Notes: a model not told the origin generated them from the letters alone. DNA of 55,163 nucleotides from an uncultured Rhizobium sp. (GCA_945952245.1 CAMFHT010000001.1:1-55163), one strand, 5' to 3'. Shown: positions 26,531 to 36,663, numbered from the stretch's first letter. Program-made: numbers and translations.

Positions 26531-27739
26531 TCAGACCGTTTGCCGCTCGGCCAGCATCCGGGCATTCAAGGCGGCGAGGTCCGTACCCTCGGATAAATCC
26601 TCGACATCGAGAACCGGAAGCCTTGCCCTCAGATGATCATGATGCGCGCGCACGCCGTATTCGAGGTCTGACAGGTAGAAGCCCTGGAAGTTCTTCGACA
26701 GCATGGCCTCGTTCGACCAGATCGTCAGCTGCACGTCCTCATTGCCGGTGTCGCGGTCGATCCGGAAGGCAAGGTAGCGGGCGAGCTTCTGGGCCCGGCT
26801 TTCCTCACGATACCGGTAAGTGCCACCGCGAAGCAGAGTCCGGTTCACGTCGAGCGGAAACTCCTGATAGAACAGCACCGTCTGCGGTGTCACGGCGATG
26901 ACCGTATTCGGGAAGAGCCCGTAATAGGACCAGCTGCGGTGGAGGTCTTCCGGCAGATGCTCCGGCGTCGGCGAGATCTTCATGTAATGTCGCACGCTCC
27001 AGCGCCGCCCGGCGTGGGGATTGTAGGTCGCATGCGAGCTGTTCGCGCCGTCCACCATGGGCAGATCGTAATAGGTAGAGCCGTAGAGGTCCTGCAGCGC
27101 CGGGTGGGCCATGGCGACGTGATAGCCTTCATTGTCGACATCGCGGACCGACTTCCAGTTCACCGGGCTTTCCTGGGTCCACATGCCGGATGTCGGTACC
27201 CGGTCCTCAAACTGATAAGGCGCCAGCTCCGCTTCGTAGCGCTGCATCAGGGTGGCCACGGATGGCTGCGGGCCCTGCCTGAAGCGAAGGAAAACGAAGC
27301 CGTTCCAGATTTCGTATTCCAATGGCTGCAGGCCGAACTGGACCTTGTCGAGCGGCGGGAAGCTTTCCGGCCGCGCCGCTCCCCGCAGCGTGCCGTCGAG
27401 ATTGTAAACCCATCCATGGAAGGGGCAGACCAGGGCATTGCGGCACTTGCCGCTTTCCTCGGCCACCAGCCGAGATCCCCTGTGGCGGCAGATATTGTGA
27501 AAGGCGCGGACATCTCCGTTCTGGTCGCGCAGGATGAGCGCCCGCTCACCCATCATGTCGAAGCTGAAATAGCTTCCCGCTTCCGGCACGTCGCTGACAT
27601 GGCAGGCGAGCTGCCAGTGATTGAGAAAGACATGCTCCTTCTCGAGTTCGAGAAGGTCCTTGCTGTGATAGCTCCACCCCGGAAGGCCGCGCCGGTCCCA
27701 TTCCGTTGGGATCCCCGTCCTGTTCACGATGGCATCCAT
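26531..27739 (-). CDS. Rieske non-heme iron oxygenase alpha subunit (choline monooxygenase / betaine-oxygenase-like)
   Basis: Rieske motif CRH...CPFHGW; mononuclear Fe motif NWK...EGYHVAMAHP; GGGAGG RBS. Confidence 0.9.
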   Translation of the reverse strand: MDAIVNRTGIPTEWDRRGLPGWSYHSKDLLELEKEHVFLNHWQLACHVSDVPEAGSYFSFDMMGERALILRDQNGDVRAFHNICRHRGSRLVAEESGKCRNALVCPFHGWVYNLDGTLRGAARPESFPPLDKVQFGLQPLEYEIWNGFVFLRFRQGPQPSVATLMQRYEAELAPYQFEDRVPTSGMWTQESPVNWKSVRDVDNEGYHVAMAHPALQDLYGSTYYDLPMVDGANSSHATYNPHAGRRWSVRHYMKISPTPEHLPEDLHRSWSYYGLFPNTVIAVTPQTVLFYQEFPLDVNRTLLRGGTYRYREESRAQKLARYLAFRIDRDTGNEDVQLTIWSNEAMLSKNFQGFYLSDLEYGVRAHHDHLRARLPVLDVEDLSEGTDLAALNARMLAERQTV

Positions 27740-27752
27740 TTCAGCCTCCCAA

Positions 27753-27778
27753 TTTAATTGAACGATCATTCAATTAAA
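27753..27778. promoter_or_regulatory. Operator-like box 3 TTTAAT-TGAACGATCATTCA-ATTAAA
   Basis: 26-bp near-perfect palindrome directly upstream of the Rieske RBS. Core reverse complement is TGAATGATCGTTCA, 13/14 identical to box 1. Confidence 0.75.
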
Positions 27779-28173
27779 CCATGATTTCGATTAATTTGCA
27801 AAGGTTTACTGGTATAGGATTTATGCAGGCATATGGTTTTGACGTAAGTCCTCGGAAAAAATGGACTATTCGATGCCGAAATTGATGGCTTCGCTGCAGC
27901 AAATGCTGTCGGGTGGAATACCCCTGACCCTTGACTTGAAGGCAAACTGCTTCAATCTCATCCCGCTCGTTCGAACCTGCGGCTGGCGCAAAAAAGCCAC
28001 GTTCATGCTGAAGGCAGACGGGCCTTTGCGCCCCGTAACGGCATGCCTGCACAGACCTGCTGCAAGAGACGGACCCGGATCCGGTTCCAGCTGCAAAACG
28101 TCTTGTGTTGAAACAGGCAGCCGCGACAGGGCGCTGCCGTCTGCTCACTCTGTAAGCCCTAGAATCGGAACTC

Positions 28174-31100
28174 ATGTCCCTGACCAACACGCCTGGCGTT
28201 TCATCCCGCGATACCGAAGCCAAGCAGATCGATCATAACGGTTCGATCCGATCGACCTATTTCTCCATCGAGGAACTGAAGGCCTGCGGAGCGGACATGG
28301 CCCGTGGCGGCGGGCTTCATCTGCCTGCCTATACGCCCTTCGATTTCTTCAAGCGCCACAAGGAAAACGACCGCGAGATTCTCCGCGTCTACCGTTCGAC
28401 CGCTGCCGATGTGGCGGCCGGCGCCGTGATCACGCCCGCCGCCGAATGGCTGCTCGACAATCACTATGTCGTCGAGGAAGCGCTGCAGGAGGTTCGCCGC
28501 GATTTCCCGCGCAAGTTCTACCGCCAGCTTCCGGTGATCACCGTTGCAGGCCATGAAATCCCCCGCACGCTTGCCATTGCCTGGCTCTATGTCGCCCACA
28601 CCCACAGCACGGTCTCCCGCGAAAGCCTGACGGCCATCGTCGATGGGTTCCAGGAAGTCGAGACGCTCAAGCTCGGCGAACTCTGGGCGCTGCCATCAAT
28701 GGTGCGCTATGTGCTGATCGAGAACCTGCGCCGCATTTCGATCCGCGTCGAACGCTCCCGCCAGATGCGCCGCAGGGCGAACGAAGCGGCCGACGAGCTG
28801 ATCCGGCTTGGCGATGCCGCCCGCTGCAAGGCCTATCTGCAGACGCTGGAGCAGCTTGCGGAAGACAATACCTTCGCAACCCAGTTCCTCTACCGCCTGC
28901 GTGATGGGTCCCAGACGTCGAGCCTCGCCATTGCATGGCTCGAGGAACGGCTGGAGCGGGCAGGTACGGATGCCGAGGAAGTGCTCATGGCCGAGCACAA
29001 CCGCCTTTCCTCCGGCAACGTGACCATGGGCAACATCATCAAGGGGCTCAGGGAGATCGACGATACCGAATGGGCGGTCTGGGTCGAAGACGTCAGCCAG
29101 GTCGACAAGCTGCTTTTCCAGCGTACGGATTACGGGCAACTCGATCCGGGCTCGCGCAACAAGTACCGCAAGACGATCGAACGCATGGCGCGCCGCTCCG
29201 GCGAGACCGAAGTCGGAGTGGCGGCCGCCGCCTGTGACATGACGGAAGCGGCAGGAACGCTCGACAAGGGTGGGCGCCCCGCCAATCTCGGCGACTTTCT
29301 CGTCGGTACCGAGCGCAAGAAGCTCGAAAAGGCGGTCGGTTACCGCACGCCCTTCCTGCAGGGCTCGATCCGAAAGCTGCGCAAGTTCAACTGGTTCGGG
29401 ATCGCCGGTCCCGTGCTGGCGTTTACGCTGGTCGCGCTCTGGGGCGCTGGCATCTTCCTCGCGCAGACCGGTATGCCCGTCTGGGCGATCGTGCTGCTGC
29501 TCGCGCTTTTCGCGCTGCCGGCATCGGAAGGCGCGACTGGCCTCTTCAACACGCTGGTCACCTTCCTCGTGCCGCCGGTCCGCCTGATCGGCTACGAATT
29601 CAAGGACGGCATTCCGGAGGATGCCCGCACGCTCCTGGTCGTGCCCTGCCTGATCTCCAGCCGCGACAGCGTCGACGAACTCGTCCGCAATCTCGAGGTT
29701 CACTACCTCTCGAACCCGCACGGGGCGATTCATTTTGCGCTCGTCAGCGACTGGCCCGACAGCCAGCGCGAGGAGACCGAAGCCGATCTCGCCATCCTCG
29801 CCTATGCGCGGGAGCAGATCGACATGCTCCGCCGCCGCTATTCCGGCGATAGGGAGAAGCGCTTCTTCCTGCTGCACCGCCGCCGGCTCTACAATCCCCA
29901 GGAAGGCTGCTGGATGGGCTGGGAGCGCAAGCGCGGCAAGCTGCACGAGCTGAACCTGCTGCTGCGCGGCGACCGGGACACCAGCTTCGTTCCCGGCGCC
30001 AACGAGATCCCGGAGGGCATCCAGTATGTCATGACGCTGGACAGCGATACGCGCCTCATGCGCGACGCCGTCACCAAGCTCGTCGGCAAGCTGCACCACC
30101 CGATCAACCGCCCGGTGCTCGATCCCGTGTCGAAGCGCGTGGTGGAAGGCTATGGCCTCCTGCAGCCGCGCGTGACCGCCTCGCTGACGACCGGCGTCGA
30201 TGCGTCCGTCTTCCAGCGTATCTTCTCGATCAACCGCGGCCTCGACCCTTATGTCTTCACCGTCTCCGACGTCTACCAGGACCTCACCGGCGAAGGCACC
30301 TTCACCGGCAAGGGCCTCTACCATGTCGATGCCTTCGAGGCGGCGCTGAAGGGCCGGATCGATGAGAACGCGGTTCTGAGCCACGACCTTCTCGAAGGAT
30401 CCATGGCACGCTGCGCCCTCGTGACCGATGTTGAACTGGTCGAAGACTTCCCGATCCGTTACGAGGTCGAGGTGTCACGCCAGCACCGCTGGGCGCGTGG
30501 CGACTGGCAGCTCCTGCCGTTCATCCTGGAAATCGGCCGCGGCGTGACCGCGCTCGGTCGCTGGAAGATGATCGACAACCTGCGCCGCTCGCTGATCCCG
30601 ATCGCCTGGTTCATCGCCTCCGTCTGCGGCTGGTGTCTGCTCGAGCCCTTCCACGCGCTCGTCTGGCAGGTGCTGCTGATCTTCTGCCTGTTCGTCGCCC
30701 CGACGCTTTCGCTGATCAACGGTCTCATCCCCCGCTCCAGCGACATCGTTGCGCGTGCCCATCTCTATACAGTCTGGTCGGATCTCCGCGCCGCCAATGC
30801 GCAGGTCGCGCTCCGGGTCGTGTTCATCGCCGACAGTGCCTGCAAGATGGCGGATGCCATTATCCGCTCGCTCTACCGACTGTTCGTGAGCCACAAATAT
30901 CTCCTGGAATGGAAGACCGCGGCAAGCGTGCAGTCGACCCGCCAAGGCACCATCCTCGATTACTACAAAGCCATGTGGCAGCCGGTCGCGGTATCTCTGG
31001 CAGCGCTCGTCATTTCTGGCTTCTCGGGCCATGACAGCTTCCTCGTCGGCCTGCCCTTCGTCTTCCTCTGGATCATGTCGCCGGCGGTTGCCTGGTATGT

Positions 31101-34100
31101 CAGCCAGACCGCTGAAACCGAAGACCGGCTGGTGGTGTCTGACGAGGTTTCGGCCGAGCTCCGCAAGATTGCCCGGCGTACTTGGCGCTTCTTCGAAACC
31201 TTCGTCAATGCCGAGCAGAACTTCCTGCCGCCGGACAATTTCCAGGAAACGCCGCAGCCGGTGCTCGCCAAGCGCACTTCACCGACAAATATCGGTGTTT
31301 ACCTGCTCTCGGTAATCTCGGCACGCCAGTTCGGCTGGATCTCCTTTGCCGAAACCATCGACCGCATCGAGCAGACCGTCTCCACCATCGACCGCATGGA
31401 AAAGTTCCGCGGCCACCTGCTCAACTGGTATCTCACCGATACGCTGAATACGCTCGGACCGCGCTACGTCTCCGCCGTGGATAGCGGCAACCTCGCCGGC
31501 CACCTCGTTGCGGTCTCCTCCGCATTGCGCGACTGGGAGGAAGCGCCGTCCGCCCATATGCAGGGCTCGATCGACGGACTTGCGGATTGCCTCGGCATCC
31601 TGAAGGAAGTTCTCGCAGAGCTGCCCGACGACCGCAAGACGGTGCGCCCGCTGCGCAAGCGGCTGGCAGAGCGCATTGACGGTTTCGCAACGGCACTTTC
31701 GGCGCTCCGCCGGGAAAAGGCATCGGCTCCGGTTCATATCGCCGATCTCGTCAGCCTCGCCCGCGACATCGAAAAGCTGACCCGCAATCTGGACCACGAG
31801 GTTTCGACCACGCAGAGCGGCGAGGTCGCCACGTGGGCACGTTCGCTGCTCGCCAATTGTGAAGCCCATAAACTCGATTCGGAAGTCGACATCTCGAACA
31901 TCGAGCCGCTGCGCCAGCGTCTCGCATTCCTGCGCGACAAGACGCGTGGCATCGCCTTCGGCATGGATTTCAGCTTCCTTTTCCGCCCGGAACGTCGCCT
32001 GCTCTCGATCGGCTACCGGGTCGATACGGCAGAGCTGGACGAGGGCTGCTACGACCTTCTCGCCTCCGAGGCCCGCCTGACCAGCCTGTTCGCCATCGCA
32101 AAGGGCGATCTTCCGACCGAACACTGGTACAAGCTTGGTCGTCAGGTCGTGCCCGTGGGCTCGCGCGGTGCGCTCGTCTCCTGGTCCGGCTCCATGTTCG
32201 AATATCTCATGCCGCCGCTCGTCATGCAGGAGCGGCAGGGCGGGATCCTCAACCAGACCAACAATCTCGTCGTCGTCGAGCAGATGAACCATGGCCGCCG
32301 CCTCGGCACGCCCTGGGGCATTTCCGAAGCCGCCTTCAATGCCCGCGACCACGAGCTGACCTATCAGTATACGAACTTTGGCGTGCCCTCTCTCGGCCTG
32401 AAGCGCGGCCTTGGCGAAAATGCCGTCATCGCGCCCTATGCCTCGCTGCTCGCCTCGCAATATTATCCGGAAGCAGCCCTCTCCAACCTGATGGAACTGC
32501 GCAAGCTCGGCGCACTCGGCCGCTATGGCTTCCACGATGCGGTGGACTTCACGCCGACCCGCGTGCCGGAAGGCAGCCGCTGCGCGGTCGTGGAAAACTA
32601 CATGGCGCACCATCACGGCATGTCGATCGCCGCGGTCGCGAACGTCGTCTTCAACGGCATGCTGCGCGAGCTCTTCCATTCCGACCCCGTCATCGAGGCG
32701 GCAGAACTGCTGATCGAGGAAAAGGCGCCGCGCGAAGTCAAGGTCATGAGCGCCAAGCAGGAGCCGACCAAGCCGGGCGGCATCCAGGCCGATCTCGCCC
32801 GTCCGCAGATCCGCACGATCACCGATGTCGCCCGGGCGGAACGGGAGCTCGTCTTTCTTTCCAACGGCCATTACTCCGTCATGCTCGGCGCAAACGGCTC
32901 GGGCTATTCCCGCTGGAACGGCCAGGTCGTCAGCCGCTGGAAACCCGATCCGACGGAGGACCGCTGGGGCAATTACATCTTCCTGCGCGACATGGCGAAC
33001 CATCAGTGGTGGTCGGCCACGGCAGAACCGCGCCGAGTCGAGGGCGAGAAGACCAGCGTCATCTTCGGCGACGACAAGGCGGAATTCACCAAGGTCGTGG
33101 GACGCCTGACCAGCGAGCTCGAATGCATCGTCGCCACCGAACACGATGCCGAGGGCCGGCGGATCACGCTCATAAACATGAGCCAGGAAGACCGCTACAT
33201 CGAAGTCACCTCCTACATGGAGCCCGTGCTTTCCACTGACGACAGCGACAATGCGCATCCGCTCTTCTCGCGCATGTTCGTGAAGACGGAGATCGGCAAG
33301 CGCGGCGACGTGATCCGCGCGGTGCGCAACAAGCGCAATCCGAACGAGCCGGACATGTGGGTCGCCCATCTGATGGTCGACAGTTCCGGAACCGCCCGTC
33401 CGACCGAATTCGAAACCGACCGCCGCCGCTTCATCGGCCGCGGCCGCTTGCTCGGTGAGGCAGCCGCCTTCGATCCGGGTGCACATCTTTCCGGCACCGA
33501 CGGCTTCACGCTCGATCCGGTGCTTTCCATCCGCCGCGTCGTCCGCGTGCCTGCAGGCAAGAAGGTCAGCGTGATCTACTGGACGATCGCCGCCCCGAGC
33601 CGCGAGGAGATCGATGCCGCGATCGAACGCTACAGGCATCCGGATGCCTTCAGCCATGAAATGGTGCACGCCTGGACCCGCGCCCAGGTGCAGATGCGCC
33701 ACATCGGCGTCAACTCCAGGCAGGCGGCTGCCTTCCAGCTGCTCGGCCGCTACCTCGTCTACCCCGACATGCATCTGAGGGCCGACCTCGCGACCGTCGA
33801 GGCGGGCTTGCGCTCGCAGAGCGCGCTCTGGCCGCTCGCCATTTCGGGCGATTATCCGATCATCGCGCTCCGCATCAACGACGAAATGGATCTCGGCATA
33901 GCGCGTGAAGCGCTGATGGCACAGGAGTACCTGCGTTCGCGCGGCCTCGTGGTCGATCTCGTCATCGTCAACGAGCGGGCGTCCTCCTATGCGCAGGACA
34001 TGCAGCATGCTCTGGATGCGGCCTGCGAGAACTTCCGGCGCCTGGGCCAGGCCGATGGTCTGCGCCAGCATATCTTTGCCGTCCGCCGCGACCTGATGGA

Positions 34101-36663
34101 TGCGGAGACATGGCAGGCGCTGATCGCGGCTTCGCGCGCCGTCTTCCACGCCGCCAATGGCACGATCACCGACCAGATCAACCGCGCCGTCTCCCTCTTC
34201 GCGCCGCCGGTCAAGGTGCTGAGCCGCGAGCCGGAAGCGGAGGTCATCCTCAACCTGCCGGTTCTGGAAGCGCCGGTTTCCCGGCCCGTCGGGGACAAGG
34301 GCGATCTCGAGTTCTGGAACGGCTATGGCGGCTTCAGCCGCGATGGCTCGGAATATGTGATCCGCCTGCATGGCGGACAGGCGACGCCGCAGCCCTGGAT
34401 CAATGTCATTGCCAATTCAGGCTTCGGCTTCCATGTGGCGGGCGAGGGCGGTGGCTTTACATGGAGCCGCAATTCCCGCGACTACCAGCTGACGCCCTGG
34501 ACCAACGACCCCGTGGAGAACCGTCCGGGTGAGGCGATTTACATCACCGATCTCGAGACGGGCGCGGTTCACACGCCGTTTGCGGCGCTCTCGCGGAACG
34601 GCGAGCAGCTTTTCGAGGCTCGCCATGGTCATGGCTACAGCGTTTTCTCGACGCTGTCGGACGATCTCTCTCTGGAGCTGCTCCAGACCGTCGATCCGGA
34701 AAAGCCCATCAAGATCTCGCGCCTGCGCATCCGCAATACGGGTTCTTCGAACCGCAGGCTGCGAAGCCTCGCCTATGCCGAATGGGTGCTCGGCAACAAC
34801 CCGCAGCGCACGGCTCCGCATGTGCTCACCGCCCATGACGAGGAAACCGGAGCGCTCCTTGCGTCCAATCCCTACAGCCTCGACTATTCCGGCCGCACCG
34901 CCTTCCTGGCGATCGCCGGCGATGTCAGCGGCTTCACGTCGAGCCGCAGGGAGTTTATCGGCAAGGCAGGCTCGATCCTCACCCCTGCGGCCGTGGCACC
35001 AGGATACTCTTTCTCCAACAAGGCCGAATTCGACGGCGATCCGGCCGCAGCCCTGGCGCAGGATTTCGTCCTCGCTCCCGGCGAAGAGCGGGACGTGTAC
35101 ATCTATCTCGGCGATGCCGCTGAGCGGGATGAAGCGAAGGCGCTTGTTCGCCAGATCCGCGGCCAGGACTTCGAGGTTCTGCTGAAGGACGTCCATACTT
35201 TCTGGAACGGCTTTACCGGAACGCTTTCCGTCAATACGCCGGACAAGGCCTTCGACCTGATGGTCAATGGCTGGCTGCCCTATCAGGCACTTGCTTGCCG
35301 CATCCGTGCGCGCGCTGCGTTCTACCAGGCAAGCGGCGCCTACGGGTTCCGGGACCAGTTGCAGGATACGCTTGCCTTCCTGCTGCAGGACCCGTCGCTG
35401 GCGCGGGGCCAGATCCTGAATGCTGCCGCCCGCCAGTTTGTGGAAGGTGACGTGCAGCACTGGTGGCTGCCGCAGACGGGCGCCGGAGTGCGCACACTGA
35501 TCTCGGACGATGTCGTCTGGCTCGCTCATGCCGTCGATCACTACTGCACGGCAACCGGCGACATGTCGCTGCTCGACGAACAGGTGCCCTTCATCACCGG
35601 CGAGGCGCTGCAGCCCGGCCAGCACGACAGCTTCTATCGCCCGGAGATTTCCGGAGAGACCGGATCTGTCTACGAGCATGCGGCACGCGGTCTCGATCTC
35701 GCCATCCAGCGTACCGGGGAAAACGGGCTGCCGCTCATCCTCGGCGGCGACTGGAACGACGGCATGAACCGCGTGGGCATCGAGGGCAAGGGCACGAGCG
35801 TCTGGCTGGGCTGGCTCCTGGCGGGAACGCTGGAAAGCTTCCTCGTCCATGCCCGCAACCGCGGTGACCAGAAGCGTGTCGCGCTCTGGGAGGCGCATCT
35901 GCCGCGGCTCACGGCAGCCTTGGAACAGGCAGGCTGGGATGGGAGCCATTACCGCCGCGGGACCTTCGACGACGGAACGCCGCTTGGCTCCGATCAGAGC
36001 GAGGAGTGCCGCATCGATTCCATCGCGCAGTCTTGGAGCGTTCTTTCCGGCAAGGGTGATCCGGAACGGCAGCAGATTGCCATGAATGCGGTTCTCGAAC
36101 GGCTGGTGGATGAGGAGAAGGGTCTGATCCGTCTCTTCACGCCCCCTTTCGAGAAGGCCTCGCACGACCCCGGATATATCAAGGCCTACCCGCCCGGTGT
36201 ACGCGAGAATGGTGGCCAGTACACGCATGCAGCAACCTGGGTTGTTCTCGCGCTCGCCAAGCTTGGCCGTGGCGACGACGCCTATCGCTGCTTCTCCATG
36301 CTGAACCCAGTCAATCACGCCAAGGCGCCGGACGCGGCCGAAACCTACCGCGTCGAACCGTATGTGGTGGCAGCGGACATCTATGGCGAAGGCATGCTGG
36401 CCCGCCGCGGCGGTTGGACCTGGTACACCGGGTCAGCCGGCTGGCTCTATCGGGCAGCGGTCGAAGGCATTCTCGGCATATCCCGCCGCGGCGATCGCCT
36501 GCTGGTGCAGCCGGTGCTGCCTTCCGGATGGGACCGCGCCGACGTGGATGTCGGTATCGGTGGCCGCACGCGACGCATTGCCATGATCCGGAAGGGTGGC
36601 GGCATCGAGGTGAGCGTGGACGGCATGGTTCTGGAGAACGCCGCAGAGGGTTTTGCCATCTGA
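28174..36663 (+). CDS. ndvB: Cyclic beta-1,2-glucan synthase (NdvB/ChvB/Cgs)
   Basis: 2829 aa. GT84 motifs WERKRGKL, TLDSD, SHDLLEG, RQHRWARGDWQ; TM block; C-terminal GH94-like region (GFRDQLQD, GDWNDGMN, RENGGQYTH, WYTGSAGW). Confidence 0.97.
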   Translation: MSLTNTPGVSSRDTEAKQIDHNGSIRSTYFSIEELKACGADMARGGGLHLPAYTPFDFFKRHKENDREILRVYRSTAADVAAGAVITPAAEWLLDNHYVVEEALQEVRRDFPRKFYRQLPVITVAGHEIPRTLAIAWLYVAHTHSTVSRESLTAIVDGFQEVETLKLGELWALPSMVRYVLIENLRRISIRVERSRQMRRRANEAADELIRLGDAARCKAYLQTLEQLAEDNTFATQFLYRLRDGSQTSSLAIAWLEERLERAGTDAEEVLMAEHNRLSSGNVTMGNIIKGLREIDDTEWAVWVEDVSQVDKLLFQRTDYGQLDPGSRNKYRKTIERMARRSGETEVGVAAAACDMTEAAGTLDKGGRPANLGDFLVGTERKKLEKAVGYRTPFLQGSIRKLRKFNWFGIAGPVLAFTLVALWGAGIFLAQTGMPVWAIVLLLALFALPASEGATGLFNTLVTFLVPPVRLIGYEFKDGIPEDARTLLVVPCLISSRDSVDELVRNLEVHYLSNPHGAIHFALVSDWPDSQREETEADLAILAYAREQIDMLRRRYSGDREKRFFLLHRRRLYNPQEGCWMGWERKRGKLHELNLLLRGDRDTSFVPGANEIPEGIQYVMTLDSDTRLMRDAVTKLVGKLHHPINRPVLDPVSKRVVEGYGLLQPRVTASLTTGVDASVFQRIFSINRGLDPYVFTVSDVYQDLTGEGTFTGKGLYHVDAFEAALKGRIDENAVLSHDLLEGSMARCALVTDVELVEDFPIRYEVEVSRQHRWARGDWQLLPFILEIGRGVTALGRWKMIDNLRRSLIPIAWFIASVCGWCLLEPFHALVWQVLLIFCLFVAPTLSLINGLIPRSSDIVARAHLYTVWSDLRAANAQVALRVVFIADSACKMADAIIRSLYRLFVSHKYLLEWKTAASVQSTRQGTILDYYKAMWQPVAVSLAALVISGFSGHDSFLVGLPFVFLWIMSPAVAWYVSQTAETEDRLVVSDEVSAELRKIARRTWRFFETFVNAEQNFLPPDNFQETPQPVLAKRTSPTNIGVYLLSVISARQFGWISFAETIDRIEQTVSTIDRMEKFRGHLLNWYLTDTLNTLGPRYVSAVDSGNLAGHLVAVSSALRDWEEAPSAHMQGSIDGLADCLGILKEVLAELPDDRKTVRPLRKRLAERIDGFATALSALRREKASAPVHIADLVSLARDIEKLTRNLDHEVSTTQSGEVATWARSLLANCEAHKLDSEVDISNIEPLRQRLAFLRDKTRGIAFGMDFSFLFRPERRLLSIGYRVDTAELDEGCYDLLASEARLTSLFAIAKGDLPTEHWYKLGRQVVPVGSRGALVSWSGSMFEYLMPPLVMQERQGGILNQTNNLVVVEQMNHGRRLGTPWGISEAAFNARDHELTYQYTNFGVPSLGLKRGLGENAVIAPYASLLASQYYPEAALSNLMELRKLGALGRYGFHDAVDFTPTRVPEGSRCAVVENYMAHHHGMSIAAVANVVFNGMLRELFHSDPVIEAAELLIEEKAPREVKVMSAKQEPTKPGGIQADLARPQIRTITDVARAERELVFLSNGHYSVMLGANGSGYSRWNGQVVSRWKPDPTEDRWGNYIFLRDMANHQWWSATAEPRRVEGEKTSVIFGDDKAEFTKVVGRLTSELECIVATEHDAEGRRITLINMSQEDRYIEVTSYMEPVLSTDDSDNAHPLFSRMFVKTEIGKRGDVIRAVRNKRNPNEPDMWVAHLMVDSSGTARPTEFETDRRRFIGRGRLLGEAAAFDPGAHLSGTDGFTLDPVLSIRRVVRVPAGKKVSVIYWTIAAPSREEIDAAIERYRHPDAFSHEMVHAWTRAQVQMRHIGVNSRQAAAFQLLGRYLVYPDMHLRADLATVEAGLRSQSALWPLAISGDYPIIALRINDEMDLGIAREALMAQEYLRSRGLVVDLVIVNERASSYAQDMQHALDAACENFRRLGQADGLRQHIFAVRRDLMDAETWQALIAASRAVFHAANGTITDQINRAVSLFAPPVKVLSREPEAEVILNLPVLEAPVSRPVGDKGDLEFWNGYGGFSRDGSEYVIRLHGGQATPQPWINVIANSGFGFHVAGEGGGFTWSRNSRDYQLTPWTNDPVENRPGEAIYITDLETGAVHTPFAALSRNGEQLFEARHGHGYSVFSTLSDDLSLELLQTVDPEKPIKISRLRIRNTGSSNRRLRSLAYAEWVLGNNPQRTAPHVLTAHDEETGALLASNPYSLDYSGRTAFLAIAGDVSGFTSSRREFIGKAGSILTPAAVAPGYSFSNKAEFDGDPAAALAQDFVLAPGEERDVYIYLGDAAERDEAKALVRQIRGQDFEVLLKDVHTFWNGFTGTLSVNTPDKAFDLMVNGWLPYQALACRIRARAAFYQASGAYGFRDQLQDTLAFLLQDPSLARGQILNAAARQFVEGDVQHWWLPQTGAGVRTLISDDVVWLAHAVDHYCTATGDMSLLDEQVPFITGEALQPGQHDSFYRPEISGETGSVYEHAARGLDLAIQRTGENGLPLILGGDWNDGMNRVGIEGKGTSVWLGWLLAGTLESFLVHARNRGDQKRVALWEAHLPRLTAALEQAGWDGSHYRRGTFDDGTPLGSDQSEECRIDSIAQSWSVLSGKGDPERQQIAMNAVLERLVDEEKGLIRLFTPPFEKASHDPGYIKAYPPGVRENGGQYTHAATWVVLALAKLGRGDDAYRCFSMLNPVNHAKAPDAAETYRVEPYVVAADIYGEGMLARRGGWTWYTGSAGWLYRAAVEGILGISRRGDRLLVQPVLPSGWDRADVDVGIGGRTRRIAMIRKGGGIEVSVDGMVLENAAEGFAI

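Noticed and set aside
27861-28238. 125-aa ORF upstream of ndvB
   Set aside because: Overlaps the ndvB start out of frame, with no motif or convincing coding signal; likely promoter region.
31279-34371. 1030-aa minus-strand ORF (and similar long antisense ORFs at 5135-7468, 28696-30384, 34417-36318, 36765-38744, 40630-42711)
   Set aside because: They lie opposite well-supported genes and have no recognisable motifs; such shadow ORFs are expected from high-GC codon bias.
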